A stretch of DNA of 63,174 nt, filler included, from Choristocarpus tenellus KU-1152 (GCA_964200185.2; 13 parts of 13 records of this genome joined end to end with filler, not necessarily neighbours in it), one strand, 5' to 3'. Positions 1-12,492 are shown, counted from the first letter of the whole stretch. Numbers and translations: made by a program. Notes: a model not told the origin generated them from the sequence alone.

Positions 1-47
1 ATCAGTAAAAAAAGAGTTGTTTGACCGAACCGGACCCCCCCTCACAA

Positions 48-75
48 CCCCCCCCCCCCCCAGATACTTTGACCC
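48..75. mobile_element. MITE TIR end (polyC-CAGATACTTTGACCC)
   Basis: Matches the terminal inverted repeat shared by the MITE copies below; the other end lies outside the window. Confidence 0.75.
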
Positions 76-687
76 GCTTAAGCGTGTGATGTCCGAGCAG
101 GCCCTAGAAATTGCTATGTTAGATTGTTTGGATGACGACTGCCAGATCACCTAACATTGCAGCAAGCTGCGAACTGAACATTAATTATCCACTGGGCCTT
201 TGTCTCTTAGCCGTCAATTATCTCTTATGTATGACCAAAGACTGACCCACCATACCGCTATGCACGTTACTACTTTGTACCGAACTAAAGACTAACGTGC
301 ACGAAACCTACGTTACATACTAGTATCAGCACAGATAACGTAAGGACAACACTACGTTATTCGACAAAAATTCCCACGACATAATGGTATGCCCTATGTA
401 TTATGTATGGCATTGGGTAGAAGGAAAGGCAAGTACTCGGAGAATATACCTTTCAACCTTAATTGTTGAAGGAGGAGTGAACGAACAAATCACCACGCTA
501 TTCATCGTGCAGTTAGTTGAGGGTGTACGTTAGTTCGTGAACGTGGTTTTGTGGTATAGTGATGGCAGTCGCCTCCTACATCAACTTTGTCGTGCCACAA
601 CTTTTTGATAACGCGAATTTTTTCATTAACGTTCATTCGTTTGTTGTAATCGCATAATCATGGTTAACCGGTTAACCTTATTATATA

Positions 688-842
688 TTATTATGCCCTC
701 TGACATTTTGCAGATGTGTGAGAGGGGGAAAACAAACGAAAACTATACGTATGCCAGTATAAGCCCTAAATAAATAAAATATCATTAATGTGAAAACTAT
801 AAAACACTGCAAGTAGTGTGAAAACTACTTATCTGTCACTTA
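688..842. repeat. Dispersed repeat with terminal stem-loop (homologous to ~30134-30310)
   Basis: TTATGCCCTCTGACATTTTGCAGATGTGTGAGAGGGGGAAAA aligns with TTATGCCCTCCAACATTTTGCAAATGTGTTGGGGGAAAAA; patchy similarity continues to TATCTGT(C/A)ACTT. Confidence 0.6.
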
Positions 843-1186
843 CTTCACCACTTTCAATATTGTACTGCTGCCTTCCTGTGCTTCCCATCTACCTACCCCT
901 GCGCCCAGGGGGGGGAACTAGGGAGGCATCCCAAGTTAACCTTATTCGTTGGTTTTGGTTGGTCAACTTGTAGTAATCGTGAGAAATACAGGACCATACT
1001 TAAATCAAAGAGTCCGCGGGCGCCGTTCGGGCGGGGGTGTCATGCGGCACGCGCGAACCGCGCATTCAAGGACGATTTTGACGCAAGAAGAGGCCATCTT
1101 CACCCGGACAACATGCGCACTGTTGTCTCTCCTTTCTCTTTCCATTATATCCCGTTTATGCGATGTTGTTACCTGCCGACTAAGGC

Positions 1187-1561
1187 TCACTCATGGGGGT
1201 CCAGGCCTCTGAACCAGGCAATCCATGCCAAGTCAAGTGAGGTATTCTGAAGGTGCAGGCCTCCTGTGAGACTTAAATTTCTTGAACACCCTTTGTCCAA
1301 TTTGGTGCACTCCATGCCTTTCTCGTTGGGATATATCAGGTGGTAAGCAATACTCATCCTGAAGATTCTCTCCACAACTACTCTGGACAACTCCCCTTCC
1401 TCCTTAAGACTGACGGGAATGTTGGCTCTCATTCCAGTCAACGTACAGTGACAGTGCCCTCGTACAGAGTGCTTCGCCCGCCCCCAGACCATCTCTGTCG
1501 GGTTCAGTTCACAGTGCCCTGTGAGGGCCAGGCGATAACTCGGACCCATTGAATGCGTCAA
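1187..1561 (-). pseudogene. Tc1/IS630-like DDE transposase C-terminal remnant
   Basis: HCELNPTEMVWGRAKHSVR matches the H(C/P)ELNPIE.VW...K motif carrying the catalytic Glu of IS630/Tc1 (DDE_3) transposases. No upstream part is evident. Confidence 0.7.
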
Positions 1562-1631
1562 AGTGTCCTGTGAGTGGCTTAAACAGTATTAAGTCGAGGT
1601 TAGCCCACGTACCGTTTTGGTGGGTACCAAT

Positions 1632-1936
1632 CTTGATTTTGTTTGAAGGTTGCCCAATGAGCTGATGGACGATCAGCATATATATCAAATGAAAGCTCTG
1701 GATCTAGGCTATCGATTCACGCAAAGGAATTCTTTCGTAAAAATATTTTTGGTCGTGACAATTCATTCTGAAACAATTTCAAGGTTGCGATTAAAACATT
1801 CGGTTAAAATTTAACCTTACCAAAATAACTTTCCGAAAGAATTGCTTTCTGGAAATCGATAGCTTAGATCAAGCGCTTTCATTCGATATGCTGATCGTTG
1901 TTTAAATCGTTGGGTAACCGTTTCAAAACAATCAAG
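1632..1936. mobile_element. Foldback / long-TIR non-autonomous element
   Basis: Imperfect ~120-bp inverted arms (1632-1753 vs 1819-1936) around a ~65-bp spacer, e.g. CGATCAGCATAT..TGAAAGCTCTGGATCTAGGCTATCGATT vs AATCGATAGCTTAGATCAAGCGCTTTCA..ATATGCTGATCG. Confidence 0.7.
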
Positions 1937-2180
1937 CAGTCTGATCCTAGAGTAGGGTTGTTGACGAGACTATTCCATCCACAATTTCGAAGGTTCGATT
2001 GTATAGTTTCATGTGGAATGCAGAACAGATTGTACACCACTATCTTGTGATTCTACCTCAAAAACGCCAAAACCAAGATCGATATATGGAAACTTGGACG
2101 TATGCAAACAAGATTCAAGAGAGGAGACGGAGTGATAGGCAGTGTGAGTGCTGAATCCAACGTGGAAGGAGTAAGGGCAG

Positions 2181-2905
2181 GGACGGAGGCAGTAGAATCA
2201 ACCGTATCATTAGCCAACAGATAGCAGCTCCTACTAAAACGTAGTATAATGTGTAGTGCCTCCGACCACGGCTTGGGATAGTCCCGAGACTAATGTAATG
2301 TGAAGATATTCTCCCTACACCTCCTTATAGCTCAGCCAGTAGTGGCCAAGGGGGCTGTTTCCTGCATCATTTTCGTGGGTTAGAACTCAATTGTTACTAG
2401 ACTTCTCTTCATAGAAATCTCATTTCGATCATTATCCAATTCTATGGGGCAAGCACAACGGGTTGTACATCTATCTGCACTATCCTATCTGGTACTACAC
2501 CACAAAGAAGTCGAACCAAGATCAAGGTGTCGCAACGTCAAGATCAGTCCAACAAACACAATAAGATCTAAGGAAGGGGGCGGAGTGACAAGCGACCATT
2601 GGGATTGCTGAACCCATTATGCGAGAATCAAGTCACAAACCGAGGCAACACAATTATTAGTACTTCTAGTGCAAGAGTTAGTCGAGGTAGTTATTGATAG
2701 AAGTGCAATGTAGTGCAGTGTGTAGGGCCTCTGACCACAGGTTGGTATAGTTCCCACACCATAAAAAAATAGTAAGACACAAACGGAGGCATTATAATCA
2801 TTAGTATTTTTGGCGCAAGAGTTAGTCGAAGTAGTTAATGATAGTATGCGATGTAGTCCAGAGTGTAATGCCTCTGACCACTGGTTGGTATAGTCTCTGC
2901 CACAC
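2181..2905 (+). repeat. Three diverged copies of a ~110-143 bp unit
   Basis: Copies at ~2181-2290, ~2635-2760 and ~2778-2905 share GAGGCA ... GTGTA.(T/G)GCCTC(C/T)GACCAC.G.TTGG.ATAGT; the last two are tandem with period 143. Confidence 0.7.
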
Positions 2906-4799
2906 ACAATCAAATGAAGACGCCAATCTCGTTTGGGGGTCCTCGACAATCACCGCATTTCAAAATAAATCTTTGACCATAAGCGATAGAATACCTGTGC
3001 TACTCCCTGCTAGGGTACACATTGATGGTGTGGTAGTCTATTTGGTTTGGTGTCTGAAGAATAGAGCCAGCTGCCGAACTAACCATGTTATGTTCCTTGC
3101 ATGAAATAAATTGATTTGGGCGGTTTGAACCCCTTCGTGATGGAGGGGGACGGAATGAAAATGCACTGTACTACTGTAGGACACGAAGAAGAGAAGGGGG
3201 GCAGTATATGAGGACAGCTGCAGATAGATCTCGACTGTTTAAGGTGCAGCAATATCTACAAATGTTATTGCTGATCGGAGTGTACAATATGAAAGCTACG
3301 ACCGTACCTCCTGTTCTTCAATGACGCATTACTTATTACTCAGTTCTTTCACTTTTACGGAAGTTTTCCTGATTCCACCAGGAATGCGTGGAATTGTTGT
3401 CACTGATATGTGTTTTTACTCAATAAAATAGTATTGCCGTTATTCCAAAAGTCATCGCTACTACTAGTACTATACAATAATAATAATGAGGTGAAGATAA
3501 TTGACCATAAATAATTATAAGTTACACTGCTCACAACCACAACAACAAATTTAGTAGAGGGGGCGGAGGAGAAAAAGAGGAGCTGCAGGAAATAATCGCA
3601 AATTTGGTGCAGGTGTCAGTGTATTTAGTGGTGGTGGTGGTAGCAGTTGTAGCATTGGTCGTAAGTAGGAGTGGTGCTATTCAAAGCGTCAAAGTAAACG
3701 ACTTGTACTCAGAGTTATTTTAAGGATGCTGACAAAATATGTGTACAGGATATTTTATTGTGTAGGAAGGAATTTTTTCAAAAATAGAGAAATTTACGCT
3801 CTCAAGTCAAACTTAGAATTTTATCCATAGAAGCATGGATGAATTGCAAAGATTGAAACGCATTAAAAAAATGACAAACGGGCAAAACCTGCGTACCTCA
3901 CGTTTTCGTCGGCTCAAAACAGCACACATTCAAACACAACATAGCGGGTCTTGAGAAAACAAGTGAACACAGGCATCATTATTATCATCACTGAGTGATG
4001 TAGTTAAGATGTGCATTAAAATGCCAACAAATTGTGCTCAAGACGTAACACGGTGCCAGATTGGGGCTCATTTCAACATCTCCACTACCAAGAAGCTACA
4101 CTCTCAATGACCAAATTCCACCTTTGTTCAATTTGTACGAAATATTACTCTGGGTTTCAATGGGCAACTCTGAATAAAAAATATTCCGTATGTTGGATAT
4201 ATGTTGGTTATGTATGACGTCAAACTATTCCAGGCGATAATCTTGATTGAACCTATTTTGGGTACTTTTCTGCTGGGTCAGTTTATAGTCTTCAGTTTAT
4301 CACTCAAGGGCGGCATTTTTGTAGTGGGAAAGAGCAGCGTCCTTTTCGTCTTTGCACTTTGCGCTCGTTTTTGACACGGGGTCTATCTATTATGATGAAA
4401 TTAGTTAAATGGAAGGTAATGGAAAAATACTGGATGAAGTACGAAGTATTTAATGAAGGAAAGAAATATGACATCGAGATACCTAACGCAACTAAGAGGT
4501 TAATGGAGGCACCCAACAGAAAAAGCCAGGCAGGCATGTATGACGCACCACGACCCGTCACTTGGGGAAAGGATGTCAATATCATCGTTAGCATCAAAAG
4601 GTCCTACATCAAAATGGAAAAATAAGAACAAACGAAGAGACACACGGCTAGGTCCATCCTATCGGAACAAACGTTCATTATCACATGTCGTCACAGAACC
4701 AAGGAAATAAGGATGCAATAAGAAGAATGTTAAGCAATCCAAAAGGAAAGCGCATAAAACCAGAAAACAACATTGACCTAAGAGTGGTGAGTGTGCATG

Positions 4800-5415
4800 T
4801 TGTTTCCTGATCTGCTTGGGCTAGCTTGACTGCTGCTTTAGCAAGATGTACATCAGTTGTCAAGACTTCCTTGAAATGTTGCTCGCCCATGAAGCTCCCT
4901 CTTGTTTCGTCAGAACACACACTCGTACACCACCACCTGTTCTGTATGGTTGCCCCTCTGCTCCATCCCACAAACGCGACCCCACACTTCTCAAGGTCGT
5001 CTTGCAGGCACATCCATCGCTTCTCCTCCTGCCCACCTTGCTTCCATTTTCCATCTCCAACCGTCCCAAACACTAATACCTTTGAGAGTTGCTCAGACCC
5101 AAAGTGTCTGGGGGGGGGGGGGTGTCTACACTAGGGTGTCCATTTGGGTCAAAACCAGGAAAAGTGCACTTTCATTATCCATCCAACGTGTGCAACCAAA
5201 TTACCCAAAAATCGCGACATGAAAAAACTGACTCCAAGTGGACAGTCGCTACACCCCCCCAGATACTTTGGGTCTCATCCATTCCCCATACATGCAACTG
5301 ACCCTGGGAATAGGATTCTCCACTTTTGGACAATCACCTCGATACTATCTCATACTCAGTCTTCTCAAAGGCATGCATCACGCACCTTTGTAGGATGTCT
5401 CAAAGTACATCGGGG
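4800..5415 (-). pseudogene. Decayed RTE-like non-LTR retrotransposon ORF C-terminus, interrupted by a MITE
   Basis: Reads AFEKTEY..IEVIVQKWRILFPGSVACM..DE[MITE]QLSKVLVFGTVGDGKWKQGGQEEKRWMCLQDDL, the typical post-RT region of RTE-type LINEs (SIE..VRKRRL.FAG...RM..ERLPK..FG...G.R..GG..KRW...L.DDL). Frameshifted. Confidence 0.75.
5096..5274. mobile_element. MITE family A, complete copy (179 bp), TSD TCA
   Basis: GACCCAAAGTGTCTGGGGG ... CCCCCAGATACTTTGGGTC; TCA on both sides (5093-5095, 5275-5277). Confidence 0.92.
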
Positions 5416-5515
5416 NNNNNNNNNNNNNNNNNNNNNNNNNNNNNNNNNNNNNNNNNNNNTTAATTAATTAANNNNNNNNNNNNNNNNNNNNNNNNNNNNN
5501 NNNNNNNNNNNNNNN
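5416..5515. other. Artificial contig linker N44-TTAATTAATTAA-N44 (first of 12)
   Basis: Identical 100-bp spacer with six-frame stops. It recurs at 9945-10044, 13377-13476, 16185-16284, 21426-21525, 26284-26383, 29145-29244, 37776-37875, 40526-40625, 44427-44526, 47731-47830 and 55541-55640. Confidence 0.98.
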
Positions 5516-5570
5516 AAGGTATCTTACTATTTGACTACCAGTTACGCTACACCCCTCCCCTCCTATATCT

Positions 5571-5600
5571 GAGTCAAAGTATCTGGGGGGGGGTGCCGGC
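5571..5600. mobile_element. Unpaired TIR of the same superfamily (GAGTCAAAGTATCTGGGGGG)
   Basis: The TIR is followed by an internal sequence unlike family A or B. Confidence 0.6.
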
Positions 5601-8050
5601 GTTCGTTTTTGACCCTCTCCGACCTACCTTAGCCCTACACCACAAGGCGTGGGGCTAGAGAAGCATCCCAAGAATCTGACAGGCCCCTCCTTGCCCATCT
5701 CCCTCGGATCATTTACTCATGATATTTATCGGGATGCTACCGTTACCAACTACTTTGTATATAGTATCGACATTATTTTGACCAAATAATTGAATTGAAG
5801 TAACTTCTTCCTCATGTTTTATGGTGTGTGCATTACATGTACGTAGTGCATCTTACGGACAAACTGTGTACAGTATAACTTCCGTCACACTTGATACTTC
5901 GCACTACTACCATCAATATAATACTTGCAAGACCTACATTTAGCTGCTAACCTTCTTTCATCATGACGGATGGGGTATGATTGTAGTAGTGTGTCCCTTG
6001 CGCCTTGCATGGTGAGGCATGTTGTCCAGTTCAATTCCTGTGTGCATGGTGTGAGTTTGCCCTGTTGACTTCGAATTTTTCTTCCCAAAAGGTTCACTAG
6101 TACTCCAGAGTGCGTGTGCAAGCTGAATGTAGACTCCACAGTCAGTTGTGGGTACTTTCCAGGATTTAAGGAGAGGGGGTGTAGGTGCAACGAATATTGG
6201 CTAAAAAACTTGTGACTTCTTATAAAAATGTTATTTATGATGCATCGTGCAGTGTGCAGGTAGCCCAAGAATTATTACAAAACTAGTTCTCCACAATAAG
6301 TTGTCTTTTATATGCAGATAAAGATGGGCACCTTCATGCATCCATTATTGCCGACAAAAATACCATACCAACAACAAACTTGTTCTCCTGCCAGTACGCA
6401 CTCTTGCTAGAGATTGGAACGTAGTTCTCCCTCCTACATGAGTCTATCATGATTAGTATGACCTGTGCTTCTCTAACACATGGCACAGAACAAAAGTGCA
6501 AGGGAGGCATGCATCTGCATTAGAAGCACCGTTTGCAATGTCATAGAGAAATAACATTGTGCCCACATTGACTGCTCACCCCCAGTCCGTCCTTTGCACT
6601 TTAAAACAATACAATGAAAGTTAATCAGATAACATCATTTGTCACACACACCAAAAGAAGGACCAAGGCACAGTTAATCGATAACACAACTCAATGCAAC
6701 CACCTACATGTAAAAAAATCCAAATAAATCCAATACGCACCCCTCTATCAGCACCGTAAACAAGCTCCACATTCACAGGAGGATAACATTATCACAGTGA
6801 CAACACACAGATTTTGTTGCAAACGCCCTGGACAAAAAAATAGTGACACACACATTCAGGCAGCGAAGGCACGAACACAACATGAAGCGACTTGAATCTA
6901 CACCATCATCCCTAAGTCCGATCTCATCATAGCTACTACAGAGCCACCACCACAAGACAAAACATTCAAGGGTGTTGAAGAATGAATGGAAGGAGGTTGA
7001 CAAAGGTGAGTTGTATATAGAAATACTCCTATTATTATACCAGAAGTAGATCCAATATCAGCTATCATGGCCGGTAATAGCAGTAAGGTCAGTCAAGATA
7101 ACCAGCAAATACACAGCGAGTGAGAGTAAAATAACCAGGTACTCGGCCCAGTCAGGGTAAGCAGAAACATGACCGCAGGATCAAGGTATGAAATGTGTCT
7201 TTCATGGTTCCACCCTCATTTACATCACAACAGGCCTTGTCCTTCTCTTCCTCACCCTTCACACCAGAACAAACACAACATATCAGCATAGTCCAATTCA
7301 CCATGCACACCAATTCTACCATCCATTCCAATGCAAAATCCAATTGCTACAGAAATACAACTACCTAATGTCATATCCCTATTGATAATAGTACTTTCCT
7401 CCTTCAAGTGGTGAAGGCTTCTTCCAGCAAGGTCATCATAACGCATTCGGTTTCATTGCACTCTCACTTCTTCATACCCAACTCAACCCATCACTAGCCT
7501 GGTCGCCCTCTTCATTAAAAAAGCAACCCCAACATATCCAACACTCAAATTTCCTATCTGCACCCTCTAATACAATAGTCCAAAGCTTCATAGACTGATG
7601 TCTGCCATGCCAAGGCGAAGCAGCTCTTGATCATACACCTTTTCCAAATAAGAATCACAAGCATATTGCTTGTCTCATAGGTACTGATAGGCAGCACATA
7701 AATCTGACCCCATACATATGCGCATATTTCTTTTTACCCACCAAGAATCATTGTAAAAAAAAAAAAAACTTCCACTTTCCTCAAACAGACCAACTCGTCT
7801 GTGTTCCAAGTGGGAAATTTCTAACCTCAAACACTGGAAAAACTATGCAACACTATGGGAAAAAACTGGGAATTATATTGACAACACACTGTAGAAGATG
7901 CCCTTGATCCTTTCAGCTGAAAAGAAGAGGGTGAACAAGGCCAGGGTTGGGACATCACCTCCCTAAACCCATAATGTCCTAACAAGAGGCGAATTGCCTC
8001 CCTCTTCTCGACTCTTCTCCCTATGGTGTCTTTCCCAATTGGGAGTGGCG

Positions 8051-8206
8051 TCACCTAATAACTTCAACACAACATGAGCGCAAGCCTTGAACAGCCACAT
8101 CAGACACTCCTCCGCAGCCATTGAACCTTACCTTTCTCAGGCGTTTGCACTGCAGCAATGCCTGTGGTGATGCATCTGTCAGACCCTCACACCATGCTGC
8201 TCCCAT
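8051..8206 (-). CDS. Terminal exon of an RNI-like (F-box/LRR, AMN1-type) leucine-rich-repeat protein
   Basis: A CTGAC branch site and CAG acceptor precede MGAAWCEGLTDASPQALLQCKRLRKVRFNGCGGVSDVAVQGLRSCCVEVIR*, which contains two C..L/V(T/S)D....L cysteine-containing LRR units. Not in the ORF track. Confidence 0.65.
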   Translation of the reverse strand: MGAAWCEGLTDASPQALLQCKRLRKVRFNGCGGVSDVAVQGLRSCCVEVIR

Positions 8207-8899
8207 CTGCCGGCATGGGTTGGCAGACAGGTCAGTGTGGTGTAAAGTTAATTACTTCTTGCTAGAGAGGGTGCTCAGCTACACTCCAATCCAGTTTCAT
8301 CCTCTGTCTCACAGGTTATTATCTTCTTTGCAATGTCGATCAGAACAGCAGGTAGTTATTAACTAAGACTTCCCATCAGCTATTATACTTGGCAAATTGA
8401 AACCTTCTCAACTCTTGATCCTTGAGAGGCACCCACCCGCAGAGAGAGGGCACAGGGTGCCAGCATGTGCTTCATGAGCACACTGTCTGTCCTTACACAA
8501 CCTCAATATCAAAATCCGACTGACTGGCCCTTGTTGTATCTTACAAAAAATATGATGCGAGCAAAGGCCAGAGCAGCAATATATCAAAATACACTCTAAA
8601 GACCCTTGTCAGGCATACTACGAAGCAGTTATATCAACCTTTTACCACAAATGCAGCTCTCTGTCCGTCCGTGGTTTAGACACTCCTGTTCAGACCAGGA
8701 CAAGATAATTGAGAACAAGGTCACCCCACCATCTCCAACAAAATACACAAAACATGGAGATATTATATTGAAGGAATGGAACCTTTTCTACATTGGATGC
8801 ACCGTTGTCAAGGCCCCTTCAGAAGCACTTGTTGAGGCGGTACCAAGCAAGTGAGGGACTCCTGTCGTAGTCTTTAGGAGTTATTATGGGTAGGCTAGG

Positions 8900-9460
8900 T
8901 GGGTGGATTCGTATACGAGAGACTGTTGGTCTGCATCAAGTCACAAACAAGTTGGATTAGTTCCTGATAAAGAGACCGAATGCCAAAGGGGCTCAATGCA
9001 TTAATCCGTGATGTGTCAGATGTTGTGAACCTGCATGTTGAATGCATAAGGTCCAATGGGAGCACAGAATTGAATACTGACTTGTATCCTGTGAAAAATG
9101 GATACAGGATGGATGATGCTAGGGACTCCACAATTAAAGAGGTTGATGGATCAGCCAATTGTACTTATTACAGAGACAGAGAGAAAGAGAGTGAGGCCTG
9201 TACTGCCATGTCTTGTGGCTACACAACAAAAAGTCGGACCAAGATCAAAGTGGAATCTTTGAGGTGGGTTCAGCAGAATATTCAAGGGAGGAGATAGAGC
9301 AAAGATCAATGGGACAACTGAACCCAATATACAAGCAAGAAGCAAGGCAGGGACGGGGATAATAGAGTACAATCTCAAGACAGATGGAAAAATAATAAAA
9401 AGAAAGGTATACTCTTTTGGAGATATCAGATCGTATGGGGATGAACCTAACACTAACGAT
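8900..9460 (+). pseudogene. Highly decayed Ty1/Copia integrase-RT remnant
   Basis: VECIRSNGSTEL resembles integrase I..IRSDNGGEF; YNLKTDGKIIKRK resembles the Copia RT start. Frameshifted and deleted. Confidence 0.4.
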
Positions 9461-10044
9461 ATCATTATTACCAATTTTGTACTATAAGTTTGTGCCGCGA
9501 AACACCTGGACTCGCCGAGCGAGAATGGCGCCGAATTGGACGGTAACCCCACAAAATGAAATAGGGTTGACAATCTCAGGTTTCAGAAAAGGTGGGGGTC
9601 GAGGATCATCAGATACAAACTCGAGGTGTTTCAAGCTGTCAAAGTAGGGGTCTTTCAGGGTGGTTTTGAGGCCAGAAAACTGGGCACATTGAGGGTCAGA
9701 GGGTCGGCATGGCAACCCCCCCATCAACTCCCCCAGGTAGGAAGGGTGCCCAAGTGTCCCTGAGTACCAGGGTTGTGCTTGCAGTGTGGCACGCCCTCAC
9801 AATGGTCCCTGGTGACCATAAACTGCCACAGCACATTGGGCCGGCACTCGCAGTAGAGTTTGGAGTGTCTGATCGTTACATGTGAGGGCTCTGGGAGGAA
9901 GTCGCCAATCACCTTGCCCGTGGTCACACGCCTGACCAAGATAGNNNNNNNNNNNNNNNNNNNNNNNNNNNNNNNNNNNNNNNNNNNNTTAATTAATTAA
10001 NNNNNNNNNNNNNNNNNNNNNNNNNNNNNNNNNNNNNNNNNNNN

Positions 10045-10065
10045 CCCTCCCAGATACTTTGAGCC
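10045..10065. mobile_element. MITE family A right TIR at contig start
   Basis: CCCAGATACTTTGAGCC followed by TCA. Confidence 0.8.
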
Positions 10066-10109
10066 TCAGGGTAGTCAGATACCAGGGAAACGATCAAGAC
10101 CACACATGG

Positions 10110-10820
10110 GGATGACGGAATGGGCACCAATACAAGTATCTTCAGCTGCCAAGGCCTTCATTGAACCCAGTGAAGGTACTCAACTCAAAAACCAGGTCAG
10201 AAAGGCTGCTCCTTGATATTGGAGCACCAGTTTCACACACCGGTGAGGAGTCTATCGATTCAACCCTCCATTTCTACTCAACTTGGGACTCCGGACCCAT
10301 GTGCTCACTCCAAATAATCTATCCTACATTTTCTCTTCCTATCCATTGCTCCGCCCTGGATCTCAGAATGAAATCATCGCTACCAAAGGTCAACCCTTCC
10401 ACTAAGCTCAACTACAATTCTCGCGCAACCTTGGTAGGCTATCACTCAAATCTACAGCTTCACCATAGGTAGGCAATAACACGTGACCATGTTCACTGAG
10501 TGCACTCTGACATGTCTGCCTATGATCCCCTCCTCACTCCTCTCTCACCCAAGGTCTACTGCTTGGCATCATCAGGGTACCTCAACACTGAGGTGATGCT
10601 CCAATCTAAAGCTGGGGATATTGGAATGGGCTCGATACAACATCTTCAGCTGCCGAGCCCACCGTTGAACCCAGTGAAGCCGCTCAGTGCAAACACAAAG
10701 TAGAAAGGTTGCTCCTTGATATTGGAGCACCAGTTCCACGCACTGGTGAGGTGTCCATCAATGCAATCCCCTGATTCGATTCGACTTGGGCCTCCGGCCG
10801 GACCCATTGAACCTTCAAGG
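10110..10820 (+). repeat. Diverged direct repeat (~190 bp; ~10110-10300 and ~10615-10820)
   Basis: Both copies contain CATCTTCAGCTGCC-like, TTGAACCCAGTGAAG and GCTCCTTGATATTGGAGCACCAGTT blocks. Confidence 0.7.
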
Positions 10821-12445
10821 TTTTGTATTTCCGTGGGCAGTATGGCAGGGAACAGCTCATGTGGGTATGTTCACGGGTACGAGGATGAATGCACGTCATT
10901 GGAAAATATATACAAAGGAATACAGGCAACAAGGGGTCATGGGTGGTGAAGCACGATCAATGTCTGGGAATAGGTTGAAAGCAATCCCCCAAAATGGCAA
11001 TTGCAACACCAGGGATGATTTGACCTACGCAATGATAGCATTGCTTCATGCCATGACTCCAGTGGTCTATATAATGCGTTAAGATCAACAAACCTCAATG
11101 TGCTGTCATTCTGAGCACAGTACTCTGGAGTATGTCCAATCTCCTCCAATACAACATCAAGAACTGCCGACAGTAATGGTCTCGAATGTACTTGTAAAAC
11201 CTGATACTTAATGGGCCCTGTGAGCTCAGAGCTGTATAAGTTGTGTGCCCTAGAGCTACCTCTACAAGAGCAAGAAAATGGTCACACTTTTTCTACTCAG
11301 GCAATCCCACCTGGCTGATACCCTCTATCAAAACAGGAGGGAAAAATGCAAAGGAACAAATACGCAGACATCTGAAGCACCATACAAAAGGAGGGACACA
11401 AATGATAGTGTGGTTGGTCCATCTTACAAGCCACATAACTACAGATTTTACAACACTTGCACCTCAATAGTGAGAGACGAGGTTTTTTGGTTTCCCTCTA
11501 GACCGTGTTGATCTTGTGAACTACCAGTGTATTAGTATTGCCCTTTACAAAATCAACTAGGTGTCATACTAAATAACTTGGAGGTGGGCATACCTTCTAT
11601 TGGTGATCCCAATGTAGTCCCCAGGTGCCTACTCCAAGTGACAGTAAACGTTTGGCTAAGACCGCATACATTGAAGGGACTTGATTCACTGCAATATGTC
11701 TCAATATTGGGGTTGGCATACAGCCCAATACACACCAATTGATCTTGGAGAAAATGAAGAATATCCTCGTTTGGAGAGGCAAGTAAACCTTTCCAACATC
11801 ATGAGAAGAACTCAAAGTGACTCACCCTTTTGAGAAAAAGCTTTGGAGGATCTTGGTCATGCAGCTGCTGATGTCCCCAAAGGCAACCTCAATCGATGTC
11901 TTCTCGGGACCATCTTGAAGGTTGTTGAGGAAGTCAACAGTCTGAAGAGAGGAAGTGTGAAATGTATGGTGGGGGATTGCAACTAGGAAAAGGCCTTACA
12001 GACACATACGAAAACCTGACACGGTAAGGGGCAAAGCTGGATCGTGCTGGGATAGCACATCAAATGGTCCGAACATAGCAGAAAATTATGGAGTCTGCTG
12101 TATGCTCTGTTCACTAAGTAGTGTTAGACAGGCATATCATACAGTACTCATTAGTTTGAGAATGCATGTGCTTGTGTGAAACAACGGAGGCGAGGACTAT
12201 TGGTAGGTTTGAAGCATAACCCAAGAGCAAAGGCCTCATACTGAGTTTGGGTTAGATGCTGATCAAGATGAAATAAGTCCTTGTACGACCCAGTTATGGA
12301 CAGGAGAGACCAGGTACACACATCCAAATATGGACCAGAAGGACATTAAGGTGCAAACCTTCAGCGCACGATGGACCAGGGCACTAGAAATGCTATCTAA
12401 CAACATGAACAAATACTTGGACCATTTTAATAAGTCTTCTCTATA

Positions 12446-12492
12446 GTAGGTTGTTACCGTAGGTTGTTACCGTAGGTTGTTACCGTAGGTTG
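12446..12492 (+). repeat. 13-bp minisatellite (GTAGGTTGTTACC) x3.6
   Basis: Perfect tandem copies. Confidence 0.9.

Noticed and set aside
11100-12430. LINE reverse transcriptase on the minus strand
   Set aside because: Only vague similarity (RHLGTTLGSP); no QG..LSP or YADD motif could be read.
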